A stretch of 59,882 nucleotides of DNA from Octopus bimaculoides (taxonomy: Eukaryota), in assembly GCF_001194135.2 (NCBI RefSeq), contig NC_068993.1, positions 35,478,522 through 35,538,403 on the forward strand, given 5' to 3'. Below, piece by piece: positions 40,039-53,522 of the stretch. The notes beneath the pieces were generated by a model. It was not told the origin of the DNA. It did no database searches and saw only the letters and a list, made by a program, of their open reading frames with translations. Position 1 is the first letter of the stretch. The number at the start of each line of letters is the position of its first letter. The position numbers and the translations under genes were made by a program.

Positions 40039-41811
40039 AGGTTGGCGCGGGTCGTGGACAGCATTGTTGGGGAGGTGCAAACTTGCGCTATCCCTGGCAG
40101 GACGATACTCGACAATCGCCACCTCACACACCTTAGAGCGGGTGGGTAAAATTCCTGGTAAAGGTGGGGTACTGGTACATTCAGACCAGTTTAAAGCTTT
40201 CAATAGGTTTGACCATCGGTACCTGGCGTCGGTTCTCGGGGCAGCCGGGCTGGGCCGGACTTTTCACGATTGGATTGCTACTTTGTACAGCAACATTGAG
40301 TCTGTCGTACAGGTAAACGATTTCTTCTCGAATCCGTTCAACGTCAGGCGATCTGTTCGCCAGGGATATCCACTGTTTCCACCTTTGCATGTGCTGGCTC
40401 TTGAGCCATTACTGCGAAGGATGGTGTGTTTAGGGAGCATTCCCTATAATCTGAGTTGTGGAAGATACTGTCGTGATACGTTGGACAGAAGGTCCTGTTA
40501 AAATGCTCGGGGTCCGGTTCGGTCCAGACCTCCAGGTAGAGAAGAATTGGAGTGTGGTCACAAGCAAGGTGAGTGTCCTAACCCAGACTTGCTCAGGAAG
40601 AGGGTTATGTCTGCTAGGAAGGGCGGAGGCGATACAGATGTACTTAGCATCTGTTATCACCTACCGCTTGACCGTTGTGCCTTGTCCTGTTTCGTAGCTG
40701 AGCAAGTTGGAGCACATCCTCTTCCGCTTTTTATGGAGGGGAGACCACATTGTAGAGGGGAGACTGCTGTCAAAAACAGTTAAATGGTGGGCTATGATTC
40801 CGTGGATGAAACTGCGAAAGTTTGCGCCAAGGCATATGCACCTCTGGCTCTGCCTGGATGGTGTGGTCACCGCTTGAGAGGTTTTTCTTCCTGAAATTGA
40901 CCTCTCTGCGGGACTTATGTTCATGGATCAGGCGTAGACCTAGACTGGGCGATTGGCAACTAGGGTGCAGACAGACACTCACGCTACTCTCCCGGGCGGG
41001 CAGTGCCGCCGGCTGGAGTTCCAACGCTGATTTCTATAGTGGTCTGGTAGAGTTTATGTTAGACGATGTCCTGGGGGAGACTCTGGACGGAAACCAGTTG
41101 ATCAACTTGTTCGGAAGAACTTTCGGGCCGGGGTGTCTGGATAATTACCAGAAATCCCTGGCCTGGCCTGGTCGTGTTACCGATCTGCCTTACCTGTTCG
41201 AGTAAGGCTATCAAGGCAGGGTTTTGCCATCCGACCGACATGCTCGAGGTGCAGGCGGGATGGTGAAACTGTTCTGCACGCCTTCGTGCAGTGTTCGGAA
41301 AGCAGTGAACTGACAGCCTATACAGCTATCGGCTGAATCTATTATCAAGATTGGCCGCCCTCCTCCCTTAATAATGAGAGGAAAGCCTGTTTTCTCTGCG
41401 TAGTAGCCATACTGAAAGATCGCGACAGGTAACTTCATCTCCGGCCGAGGGTTGGTTAGTTATTTCAAGTAACACCTCAATAGTAAAATCTGGCTGGAGA
41501 CGAGATACCTGTCGCATAGTACGTTTGTAAAATGGTGGACGACTATAGAGAGAATGCTACCAACGAATGGATATGGCTAAGTATGGCCATCCGAGAGAGA
41601 AAGGGGGATACGTCGGACAACGACGGCGAGTTAATCACCCCAACAAATTGTAAAAATCTGGAATTTTAAAACTTTTATTATTTCACTCGATTTTTAAAAT
41701 ACGCTCAATTTCATTACACTGTTAATCATTCGATATAAAACACTCTGTACACATTTATCTGTCCTTGTATTGTCCCGTCTATGTTGGGCCGTGTATGGCT
41801 AATAAAAGAAA
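40030..41811 (+). mobile_element. Tx1-clade LINE relic, 5'-truncated, with 3' UTR and A-rich end
   Basis: VLAKRLARVVDSIVGEVQTCAIPGRTI, DQFKAFNRFDHRYL, VRQGYPLFPPLHVLALEPLLRR, VKMLGVRFGPDLQVEKNW, and C-terminal FKxHLNSKIWLE. Ends GTATGGCTAATAAAAGAAA. The YADD region is deleted. Confidence 0.9.
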
Positions 41812-41813
41812 CT

Positions 41814-41911
41814 GAGCATTTTGGTAGTCTCGCGAAGTACATCGTGTGAACAGATTGATTAAACCTCCGCTGTATGATTTATATATACCAACCTGCGGCA
41901 GGATATAAAAG
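41814..41911 (+). mobile_element. Gypsy LTR 3'-end fragment
   Basis: 84/98 identity to 39281-39378. Confidence 0.7.
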
Positions 41912-42709
41912 TTTCGATGAAATTCATGCTGATGATAATCGGTCTTTCGATCGAACCAAAGTATGAATGTTTTTATTGATATTTTCCATTGGTGATAATA
42001 TGTTTCACAACGCCTTACAGGAGTGTCGTGGTTTTTTAGTGTTGGGCCGGGATTTGAACTCAGATTGCACAGAGCCATAAATGTTACTGCTCTTAACTCC
42101 GCCAAACCACCGACCTGAATTGTGTATTTTTTATCGACCACAAAATGATGAAAAGCAAATTATTCGTCAGTGGAATTTGAACAAGGGTTTAAAAATGTTC
42201 TGCATAAACCATCCTCTTACAAATCAAACATTATATTAAGCCATTAGAAGTATTCCACTACGCTAATGTTTTTATTTTTATTTCTAACAATACTATAAGC
42301 AATGCAGACTGCTTAAACAAAGATTTAATTGACTTCTAGGGATTGCCTCTCATATCTATGAACTTATTTTAAGAAACTTAATTATGGCACTAAATTATAG
42401 ATTTAAATCTTAATATCCTGAAAATTCGAAAGTTGAAGATGAATGCTATTGACATATATGATGTCTCAGTCATAGTAATGCTACATAAGCAAAGAGATAC
42501 AAAACTCCAATATATGTTCTAGATAGACAGTCTAAGATGTTAGAAACAAAATGTTACTTGGGATATATTAGGTGAATATTGCATTAATTCCTTTCAGTTA
42601 AATCCATTAAATGTATTTATCCTGTTGTTTTACCTCTAAGGCCAAACATAGCCAATTGATTCATTGCACTTTTGAGTGTTTTTTAACCTCCGTCGGACTC
42701 AAGACTTGT

Positions 42710-42783
42710 GGCTGAATCTACGCTGATGAAAATTGTGCAGAAATTTGTTGGATGCTTGTACCTCGAATTCAAAGATTCCAGCC
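42710..42783 (+). ncRNA. Degenerate type I hammerhead-ribozyme-like motif
   Basis: CTGATGA (42723-29), GAAA (42740-43), 5-bp stem III, AUU triplet (42767-69) and in-register stem I. Stem II cannot pair canonically. Confidence 0.35.
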
Positions 42784-43952
42784 TTGTAACCTAATGTTTC
42801 AGGTGATTCTCAACTCGAATCACCTGAATTGTACACGCATCTGCAGAATATTGTGCCACATTCCATATAATATTACAAGCAATTGATTGAACAACGAAAA
42901 GCCTACCACCTAAAGACCCTGTTGTCAATGCCTGTCATAAAAACCTGATCATATTAAGCAGCTGCAGGTCAGTGTTATGCGCATCGTTCCTGCTCCCTAT
43001 TTAGCAGTAGATATGCCTCCTGTTCGAATCACCGGATGCAAAAGAGCTATATACCGTTATTTTAATATACTCTCACATCGCGAGAGTTGTGAATACATAA
43101 CTGGGGTTACACTTTCCTATTTTAAAAAAGTAGTTTTCTGATGCTATCACTCTCCAACATCCCAAACTATTGGAATGTTCTTTCAGAACATGAAACTGAT
43201 ATTGCGCTATGCATATGTATAAGCATAATTTTAATGTTAGAATAGAAATGCTTCGAATAAAGGTGATATACAGAACATACTTTGAATGATATAATAGAAA
43301 GCATCGTTGTATGCGTAATATTATTTATATTTGCTTATCAAACGAGACGAAAGAGAAAGCAAATTAGATATATAACTTAGATTTCTTTTTTTTTATAATC
43401 TTTGTAAATTTTTAATGAGATTTTCTAATGCCCTCTACATTTATGATTAAAGCCGTAAACATTTATAAACAAGAATAAATTTTCTCTAATTTTTATAAAA
43501 GAGAACTTTCTATTTAATTGACGATATGTAATATGATAGTATTATTTATATAGTCATTTATTTTTAAAGGAAAATAACAATTCAATGGAAAATTTATATT
43601 AGCTTGCTAATAATAGCAAGCATAAGTGGTAGTCATAGATAAACGAGGGGGATATTTTTATTGGAAAGGAGAACGCTTGTATCTTTGTTGTTACAGAGAA
43701 AACACGTGTAATATCTTAACACATTTTCATTAAAAGGCAAAAATACAATCAAATACATGATAACTGAAGTAAAAAGGCAATATAATCTAACAAAATGCTG
43801 GTAGAGTGGTAAAAGTATCAACGCGTCGAACTTGGGGCTTCTATTTCAGTTCCCTCACTGCTTTGATTTCAAATCTCACTGATTTTCGATTTTGCCTTTT
43901 GCATCTCTAAAGTCATATAAATGACATAATTGAATAGGCTACCCTCTATCAT

Positions 43953-44160
43953 TATATACATGACCCAAAAGTTAGTTTACAGTTATGACGTAGGAACTTT
44001 AAATTTCTTTTAAGCATTTCATTACATTTAAATTTCTATCTTACAATTAACTAAATTAACATAGAATAATGGTTTCACATTCTTTTATAATTAAGATCTA
44101 AACTATTAATATATGAAAGGCATAGTTAAATAACTGTAAACCTACTTTTGGGCCACTGTG

Positions 44161-44166
<6 letters not shown>
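43953..44166. mobile_element. Tc1/mariner-type MITE (about 200 bp)
   Basis: Left TATATACATGACCCAAAAGTTAGTTTACAGTTAT vs reverse complement of right end TATATACACAGTGGCCCAAAAGTAGGTTTACAGTTAT; TA flanks. Confidence 0.8.
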
Positions 44167-44212
<46 letters not shown>

Positions 44213-46380
44213 CTAGAGAGAGAGAGAGAGAGAGAGAGTCAATATAAAGGGAGAGTTATTCTAAAAGAGAAAAGGGAGCAACAGACTGGCAAGGAGGCAG
44301 AAAGACAGGTAGAAAAAGTTGTAGGAGTAGAGAAAATTGTTCAAGCTTTAAAAGCAATACATTTTTGATTATATTCTATCATGTCATTGTGATTGTACAT
44401 GTTTGCACGACTCTTAGTGTTGTTTTTTGAATTAACATGCACGCATGGAGCTTTAAATGCAATAGAATGTGTTATTGAATATGACAAATATAAGGACGTT
44501 GTTGCATGTTGCACACCCACCATCCTCTCTTCCAAATTCTCTTCTAATCTTGTGCTATCATATATCATCTTTAATCTGAGATTTATGCCATAACTTGCAC
44601 TGTTTCATTTCCTGTGATTCTGTTTAGTATGCAATGCATTTTGCTTCCTTTTGTTTTCTGCTGTTTTGCTGTTGTTGTTTTCGTTTTATTTTGTGATTCA
44701 ATTGTTCTATTGACAAAACGTTGTATCTAAGATTAAATCGGATTTCCTTTCAATTTTAAGCGTAACATTCCCCTAAGAAGACATGTATGAAAAGCTGCCA
44801 TTTTATTTCTCTTTCTTTTATTTCTTTGAACAGTAGCACATGTAATATTTATCAGTAAGCTACCAGAATTGCGACTTTCTCGGTTCCGTTCCGTCTAAAT
44901 TACTGAATTTATGCTAATTTCTGACTACTTGTAGAAACTATTATATAATCTTTAATGACATATATAGTAACAATAACAACTAAATATAAAAAAAAACAGA
45001 AATGCTGCTCGGTTCCTCTTGAAAAGTTAAGACATCTAATTACAACATTGCGATGAGGAGAGAGAAAACAGTATTTCCGTTTCTCCATCTCTCTCTCCCC
45101 CTCGCTGTTTCTCTCACTACATTTATAAATCTTCTATCATTCCCATAATTCTTTGCCTAACCCCCTCCAAAATATTCATACTACTGCTACCGACATTAAA
45201 AATTATGATACAATTAATCTCCTTCATTATCTAGTATTGATCACAATAACAGTGTAATTACACAAGTGGCGTCTTCTTCAATTCAAAAATACAGTCCACG
45301 TCAAAATATTTTGTACTACTTCTATTATATTTTGAGTTAATACTTGTACATATTATTCAATCATTTTTTGATTTTCTTCTTCATATTTACCGTCCTTAAT
45401 GCAATATTATTTAATTCACAAACACTAGGAAAAATAAAATATAATTACCACAGAGCCAGAAAAATATGTTTTCATAGAACAAATATGGAGTTTTTATTTA
45501 GTAACAAATCATGTTAAATATTTCTTTCTAAAACAACTGTCTCCGATGTAGTCTGAATTACCCATCATCCCTCTAATCATCATGCACTGAATTCAAACCC
45601 GTTATTCTGTCTCTACAGAACTATTTTATATTCAGATTTAACATTTGACCTGTACGGCACGCCATACTTTAGAGAAGGATTTTAGTCAAATTCTCCCCAA
45701 AATTAGATTTTCTACGTAAACAGCAACAACAAAAAGTTCAGATAAAATGCAAACTAACCAATAACAATAATACGTCATTTATTATAAAAAATATATTTCA
45801 AGTCGTGTTTATTTCTCATTGTCAATGTAAAAATAGAATTTAATAAAGAAAAAAGCGAAAATATTAATATATATTTTTACCAAAATATTTTTGCACATGA
45901 CTAAAGTAATATTGATCCATGTTTCAATCTCTCCAAACGTAGCAAGAACTGTCATCAGGCAAACGATAGACATCATTCAAAATAGTCTCATTCACAACAA
46001 ACAGCAATGTCAAATTTATCGGTTTCCCTCCGTAACTGTGTGTTTGTCTGTGTGAATGCGTATTCATGTACATGTGAGTGTGTGCGCCTGTGTATGCATG
46101 TGCACCTGTCTGTATTAAAAGTCGGCAATATCTCTTATTGACATCATTTACTTCACTTCTGCTTTCATATGTAACCAATAAATTTAAGCAATCTTTTCGA
46201 ATCTTCTCATGCAGATGCATTCTCAGATTAACTTCCATACAGTAGATTTTTTTTAATATCATCAACGTGTGCTATAACTCAAGATATTACCACATACATA
46301 TGTATCTATATACATACATAAGCATACACACACACATGCATACATATATTTCCGCATATTCGTATACATAGATATGTAAA

Positions 46381-46425
<45 letters not shown>

Positions 46426-46464
46426 AATATGCATTTGAGTTCATATTGATATGCATGCATAAGT

Positions 46465-47812
46465 ATGTGGATGATCAACTCCTCTAAAAGTGAAATAGGT
46501 ATTATTAGCAAACGTATTCTCGATATTATCAACTCCGATATCAGAAGAGATACAGGGTTGGCTCAATTGAACTCCAGCGCAGCCGTGGTCGAATGCTTCC
46601 GCGGTATCGAGAATAAATCAGCCTGTAGATTTACCCAGTTCGACATTGTCCACTTCTACCCTTTCATATCTAAGCCCGTCCTTCTGAGGGCCCTAACTTT
46701 TGCTGAGCAATACACCAGCATTAGAGACCTTAACATCAGAATTATCATGAATGCCAGAAAGACAATTCTGGCTCACGACAATTCTTTCTGGGTGAAAAAA
46801 GGTGACCCATTGTTCAACGTCTCTATGGGGAGCTTTTACGGGGCTAAAATTGCCGCTATCGTCGGGTTATACATCTTGGATACCCTCAAGAGACGAACCC
46901 ACCCACCCACATATATCGGCCCACTATAGGGACGACGGCCAGGCTATCTCAGCCATATGAGCGGCCACACCATGGACAAGTTCAGGAAGGACTTGATAAA
47001 ACTTTTTATGGAGTTCGGCCTGTCTATAACGGTTTCCACCAACCTGATTACGGTCGATTTCTTGGACGTAACATTAGACATCTGCACGTAACATTAGACC
47101 CCAGATGTATATACAGTATACATCCACAAGAGCTCAAACCATAGCCCCGTTGTAATTAGAAACCAGCTTTTAGACATTAGTAAACGACTATTTAATCTCT
47201 CGTCTAATAGAAAGATCTTTAATAAGGCTGCTCTGCACTACAACAATGCTTTAGCTAGGGGAGGGTCAAACTGCGAAGCTCACGTATATGGACAACACCG
47301 CCCCAAATAACATCCCCGTACTCCAAAAGGATTATAAAGAGGAGAATTATATGGTATAACCGCCCCCTTTCAACCTAGATGTTTGCACCAATGTAGCTAA
47401 GGGGTTCCTGTCGTTAATTGAGAAACACTTCCCTAGAGGTTATAAGAATTACAAGCTCTTCAACCCCCATAATGTCAAGGTAAGCTACTCCTGCTTAGAC
47501 AACATGGCATGTAATATCACACGCATGAATAGACGAAAAAAATGCACCTAAACTAACCCCAACCTGCAACTTCTGAGACACCACCATCTACCCTCTAGAA
47601 GGATCTTATCTCCCAAGTGCCGTGGTATATACAGAGCCACCCTTACACCATCCGATGGCATTACTAGGCACTATACAGGTATGACAGCTAAAGACTTCAA
47701 GGGAAGATACTCCCAGTATTTGCACTCGTTCAGATCATGTCTCGTTTCCTCTGGCGATTTCCAGATGAAATACCCAACATCAAGTGGACTATTGTTGATA
47801 AAGCGCCACCAT
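46465..47812 (+). mobile_element. Penelope-like element relic (RT plus GIY-YIG endonuclease), Naiad-type signatures
   Basis: INSSKSEIGIISKRILD, QFDIVHFYPFIS, VSMGSFYGAKIAAIVGLYIL, YRDDG, DFLDVTLD, WYN.PFN, KVSYSCLDNM, VVY...HYTGMTAKDFKGRY, IKWTIVDKA; multiple frameshifts. Confidence 0.88.
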
Positions 47813-48128
47813 TTTCAACCCAGAAAGGATGAAAGTCAATATCTACATCGACGGAATATGAACTCAGAATGTGAACTCGGACGAAATGCCGCTGATTATC
47901 TATCAGGTTTTAAATTATCTAAATTCCAAATACACACATTGTGATCTAGTAAGATTAACATGAAGCGCAATTAACAGTCAGTCACTCTGTGTATCTTTCC
48001 CCTCTCATCCCCCTCTCTCCAATTGTCCCTCTATAAAATATGCCCGTACACACATACACACACACACAAACGTATATATAGATATATATTTACATTTACA
48101 TGTATATATTTGTATATACTGTATATAC

Positions 48129-48470
48129 TGCAATGGCCCAGTGGTTAGGGCAGCGGACTCGCGGTCATAGGATCGCGGTTTCGATTTCCAGACCGGGCGT
48201 TGTGAGGGTTTATTGAGCGAAAACACCTAAAGCACCACGAGGCTCCGGCAGGGGATGGTGGCGAACCCTGCTGTACTCTTTCACCGCAACTTTTTCTCAC
48301 TCTTACTTCTTGTTTCTCTTGTGCCTGTAATTCCAAGGGTTAGCCTTGTCACACTGTGTCACACTGAATATCACCGAGAACTACGTTAAGGGTACATGTG
48401 TCTGTGGAGTGCTCAGCCACTTGCGCGTTAATTTCACAAGCAGACCGTTCCGTTGATCGGATCAACTGGA
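48129..48470 (+). mobile_element. tRNA-headed SINE family C
   Basis: Head GGCCCAGTGGTTAGGGCAGCGGACTCGCGGTC...GGTTTCGATTTCC (A/B boxes, Arg-like TCG) followed by a non-tRNA GC-rich body running into the gap at 48471. Confidence 0.8.
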
Positions 48471-48848
48471 NNNNNNNNNNNNNNNNNNNNNNNNNNNNNN
48501 NNNNNNNNNNNNNNNNNNNNNNNNNNNNNNNNNNNNNNNNNNNNNNNNNNNNNNNNNNNNNNNNNNNNNNNNNNNNNNNNNNNNNNNNNNNNNNNNNNNN
48601 NNNNNNNNNNNNNNNNNNNNNNNNNNNNNNNNNNNNNNNNNNNNNNNNNNNNNNNNNNNNNNNNNNNNNNNNNNNNNNNNNNNNNNNNNNNNNNNNNNNN
48701 NNNNNNNNNNNNNNNNNNNNNNNNNNNNNNNNNNNNNNNNNNNNNNNNNNNNNNNNNNNNNNNNNNNNNNNNNNNNNNNNNNNNNNNNNNNNNNNNNNNN
48801 NNNNNNNNNNNNNNNNNNNNNNNNNNNNNNNNNNNNNNNNNNNNNNNN

Positions 48849-48909
<61 letters not shown>

Positions 48910-51900
48910 GTGTAGACACACATACACACTGTATACGTGCCATATGTGTTTGTAACCATGTACTACAAACTACAATGTACATGATTATTATTAAAGGTAA
49001 ACAGTGTTTGATTTTAATGTTATTTGTGTTTAACACATGTACATTAATACACAAGTTGATAATTATAAACATGTTTCCATGAACGGAAATAAATTCTGTG
49101 GAAATGTTAATATTATCAGATGAGAATAATACAACCCTGAGTTTTGTTACTCAGATTCAAATGTAGTTGGCGAACACAAACTTGTATTTGCTAGTTCTAG
49201 ACACGCAACATCGTACTTGATATATGCTGCCATGTGCGTTGCATTAACGCATTCACTAATATTTCCAGAGCTACAGTTCTCTCTTCATATACATTTTATA
49301 CATTGGTTTCTCCACCAGTTTTAACCGTCACCTAAAAATACAATAGATTGCAATGATTTCCAAATAGTTATTTGTTCCTGGCACGATCTCCCTTCCTGAA
49401 ACCTCCAGGTGATTGAAGCTGTTCTGTTCATGTTAATAAATATATAACAAATAATGTTGCAGTTGTTTTTTATTTGTATCTCTTTTTATATTTACATTAC
49501 ACATGTTTTCGTGTAATTGCAAAAAAACATTATTTGCAATATCTTTAATAACATTTAGCAGTTAACCCTTATATAACATCAAACTTACATTGTAACAGCG
49601 ATTCAATAAATGTTCCTTTGATTTACGTGCATACGCACACATATACGAACACATGCATAAAAATGTACATATATGCATACACTTTTCAACATTCCCTATT
49701 TCTTATTGATATTGCACTTGTTTTAATGAATGGTCTTCCGCTAGAGTGGTATAATATACTCACTAGAATTGTGTCGCGTATTTTCTCCTTCTATCAAAAC
49801 ATACACATAGATATACATATAAACTAAGCAAAATGTTATGAGAACTTTTTTGTTTAGTGTAATTAAATGATTATAATTTTAGTGATTATGCACAACAAAA
49901 GTAATCATTTACACAAATTCATATCGTGCAATAGTATGCTGTAATCTCAATAACATAGTATTCAGTCGGTTTTGTATAGAAAAACGTATAAAAATTCTGG
50001 AACATTAAACTGATATCAAATACGCAAATTATCAACAAATTGTTATTTAAATAACAATTGAAGAATACAAAAAGAATACAGTTTGTTAGTAATTATGTAA
50101 AATTTATGATTCCTAAACTCATAATAGTGAAACCTAAGCATTAATGTATTTCAATGCTAAGTAAATTGTTGAACTAAACAATTTTGATGTGATAGAAATG
50201 CACGTAAATTTCAAACTTAAAAAACAAAATGAATGAAAACCTTCAAAATGTCATAACGGATCGAAAGGATTACAAAAATAAGTTGTAGAGAGATAAAATG
50301 ACCAGCAATCACATGATCTCTGCTCTTGTTAAAATTTTTATCAGCTCTGGTATATCGAAGACAGAAGAAGCCCACCACCTCTCTCTTTCTCTCTTCCACC
50401 CTCTTTCTTTCTCCCTTCCACCCTCTTTCTTTCTCCCTCCCTCTCTCTCTCCCCTCTATCTCGTCTCAATATAAGCTGCTTACGATTCTTATGAAATTAC
50501 TGACAGTAACTCAATATTGACAAACAGCCAAACGCAACGTAGAATGACTTGTACAAAAGCAAAAAATATATATACACTCCAAGTATTTTCTTTAATTTTA
50601 TACTTTGATTCTGAATTTATTTCACACACAATTCCCTGCTTCAACCATAACATCTATGCTTTTCAGGCGACCATATCTATGGTCTTTCGAATTTTGAGAT
50701 AAGATATTTCCCCAATAATGTTCTTTCCAGTATTCTATTATTTATTTTAAAATACTTTAAACAAGTATATTTCATATAAATAAGAAATATGATTTTATAT
50801 CAATGTAAATCATAATTCAAAGGACAGTAGAATGACAAAATAGTTACAACACCGGACGGGATGCCTTGTCTAAGCTTATCAGTCACAAAAGGAGAAAAGA
50901 CAAAGTCTACATCAGCGGAATTTGTAAAGAGAGGCAAAGAGTTCGAAGAAATACCGCAAGGCAATTTTCTCTGACACTCGAAACATTCTTCCAATCCAAC
51001 ACCTATACCAATCCACCAAATTTGCCGACCCATTTAACTCCTAACAGCAATGCTACAAACTCTTTCGTTATCAAAGTTTGCGTTTGAAATTTGAATACGT
51101 TTACTGAACTTGACAATAAAGTGTGCGTATTTGTTTGAATGAGTGAGTGCGGTGATATTTTTGTATTTATAGCGTTTGCTGGTGTATTTGTGTCTCATTG
51201 GGTGTGACAGTATATATGTGCTACTGATTTTATTTAACCCCGCTTCATCTACGCTCCCTCAAATCTAGGACCCAAAACATTCCTTGATAAATCTCGTCAT
51301 GCTTTAGGAACGATGAATCGATTATTATATCATTCAACGTCTCTTGTCTCTTTTCTCTTTTGTTTTGAAGTGGAGTTGTTGATTTCAAGAAGATTTGGTT
51401 ATTGTATGTACAATTTTGAGGAACTGCATTGAAATTGGTCCTAGAATTGTCATGTACACATATATATGATTCTTTGCATTTCTTTCCTTCTACGTGTGCA
51501 TACACAGGAGGATTGAAATAGAAGTAGATATATAAGTATCATTATATTTCCAACAGAACATTCGAAAATTTAAAATTTAAAGCGAACAATTATATGACGA
51601 GTGAATTATGTACTTAGAGTTCTCTCAGCACGAACAAAAATTTATTTTGCCATTCCAAAGCCAGTTAAATTTTATGTCGTTTATGAGTTCTAAAACGACT
51701 GAAATCGTCATTCTATTGCTACATATCAAAATTCACTCCATGCATGTAAAATTTCGGTCTTGCCTCCCGAGCCAGTTTAAGAATAAAATTTCTTGTCTTA
51801 CTGTATTTTAGTATAAAAGGTACTTGAAATATATCATTTTACTATTATATAACGAAGTGATGAATGACGCACTATGTGGTCACTGCATCTGATAAAATCT

Positions 51901-53522
51901 CTCTTCCAAATTCCACACAAACATCTTTAAAAAATGGAGAACACAGTGGAATTTGAAATAAGTTTTCCAAGAAGAAAGAGGGGATGGTCGCGCCTATAAT
52001 GTCTTTTATCATAAGTTTTATGATAAAAGCTGAATTACAGCTAATGTGCAAATATGTAAAAATAAACTTTATGAAAGTGATCCAATTATTTAATTCTGTT
52101 GTTTTGGTTTGAATTTAGGACTGCTCACGATTTCCTTACTAATTTTTTGCATTCTTAGCGGAAATCGTTCAAACATTGACTTAAAGAAGGCATTACCTTC
52201 CCGTCCTTATATTTTTTCTATAGCTTCCTATTCTGGGACCCCACGAACTCCATTCTTAGTTAATATTTTGTTCAGTTCAGTCGTCTATCTTAAGTACTGT
52301 CGTCCTCTGTTTTCCTTTGCAATCCCTTGGAATCTGTTTTGTCTACTTTTGTGTTCACCTTAAGTCACTTAGATGTTTTAAAAATTTCAGACTCGGCAAA
52401 AAGGGATTGAAACGAAATTTGGTGATGATGGTCAGCTAGCGACAATTGCAACATTTTAGGCACGTTATCAGAATCAGGAACCATTGTGCACACATTTGGG
52501 ACAAAGCAGATGGAAAATTGTCCCGAGGGTTACCAAGACAAAGATAGAACAATAACATCAAGTCCTGGACAGATGATCCTGGAGGAGCGAACGACAACAA
52601 AACGCCAATACAATATTTGGTAATGAAAGTGAGTTGTCATTGAGGTCTTCAACCTTCAGCCATGATGAAATGCATATTCATATATTCAGCATTGCTGGAT
52701 GTGTTCTACGGAATTCCATGTCAGATTTAATAAATTTGAAAAGGCAATCTAGATACCTATTTTTTTTTTTCAGACCCATTTCACTGTTATTGTTCTTTCA
52801 TGTTTTATCATGCACAAAAGAAGTATTAAACATCATTTAAGCTATTTTGAAGATTTATTTTAATCTGCATGTTTTTGGAAATAGTGTGATTCTAAAATTG
52901 TTAAATTCTTGAAAAAATAGTTTGAAATTTGATAATTGAGATACTTCTAAAGAAAATGACCTTTTTGAAATATCGACACTCTTTAAATTTTCATTTAACC
53001 AATTTAAAAAATTATTTATTCAGCTTGTGTGATATAAGATAAAAAATTTTTAAATCGTTTGCAGCAATAAATGTAGCAGCCATTAGACGCAATGTCTCTC
53101 AATTTCAAATTTTTAAATTATTTTCTTTGAACTTGCTTAGAATTTGAATTATGTCACGTAATTTCCTTAGCCTATTTATCTATGCTAAGTTCATGTAGTT
53201 TTAGAGTATACGTGCCCGACCCCAGTTCCTCTTTCATTAAAAGAGGATGTGATGGACATTTCAGTTTAAGTCTAGTAACAAAGGCGTTGCACGTCATTTT
53301 TTTACTCCAAATACAACGTTTGTCCATCATCATTTTTATGTTATAAAAAGCGTTGGGTTGTCAAAGAATTGGCAGAGCATCGGATAATATGCATTGCAAT
53401 ACTTAGTTTTATCACTTTAGAATCCGAGTCAAAATACCACTAGAATCAATTCTGTAGCAGTGAAACATTGTAGTTGATCACAATGACTATATTCACCAGC
53501 AGAATATGCAGCCTTTTCTCTA

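Noticed and set aside
47570-47580. In-frame TGA in the PLE CNC region as a possible selenocysteine codon
   Set aside because: It aligns to the Arg after CNC (CGA to TGA, CpG decay), not to a Cys position.
48129-48200. tRNA-like sequence (also 58267-58335 and 22895-22960)
   Set aside because: A and B boxes are present, but there is no complete cloverleaf and each continues into a repeat body; these are SINE heads.
50800-51033. 77-aa ORF with a CxxC-like segment
   Set aside because: It overlaps a decayed SINE family A copy (TTCCGCTGATGTAGACTTTGTC...).
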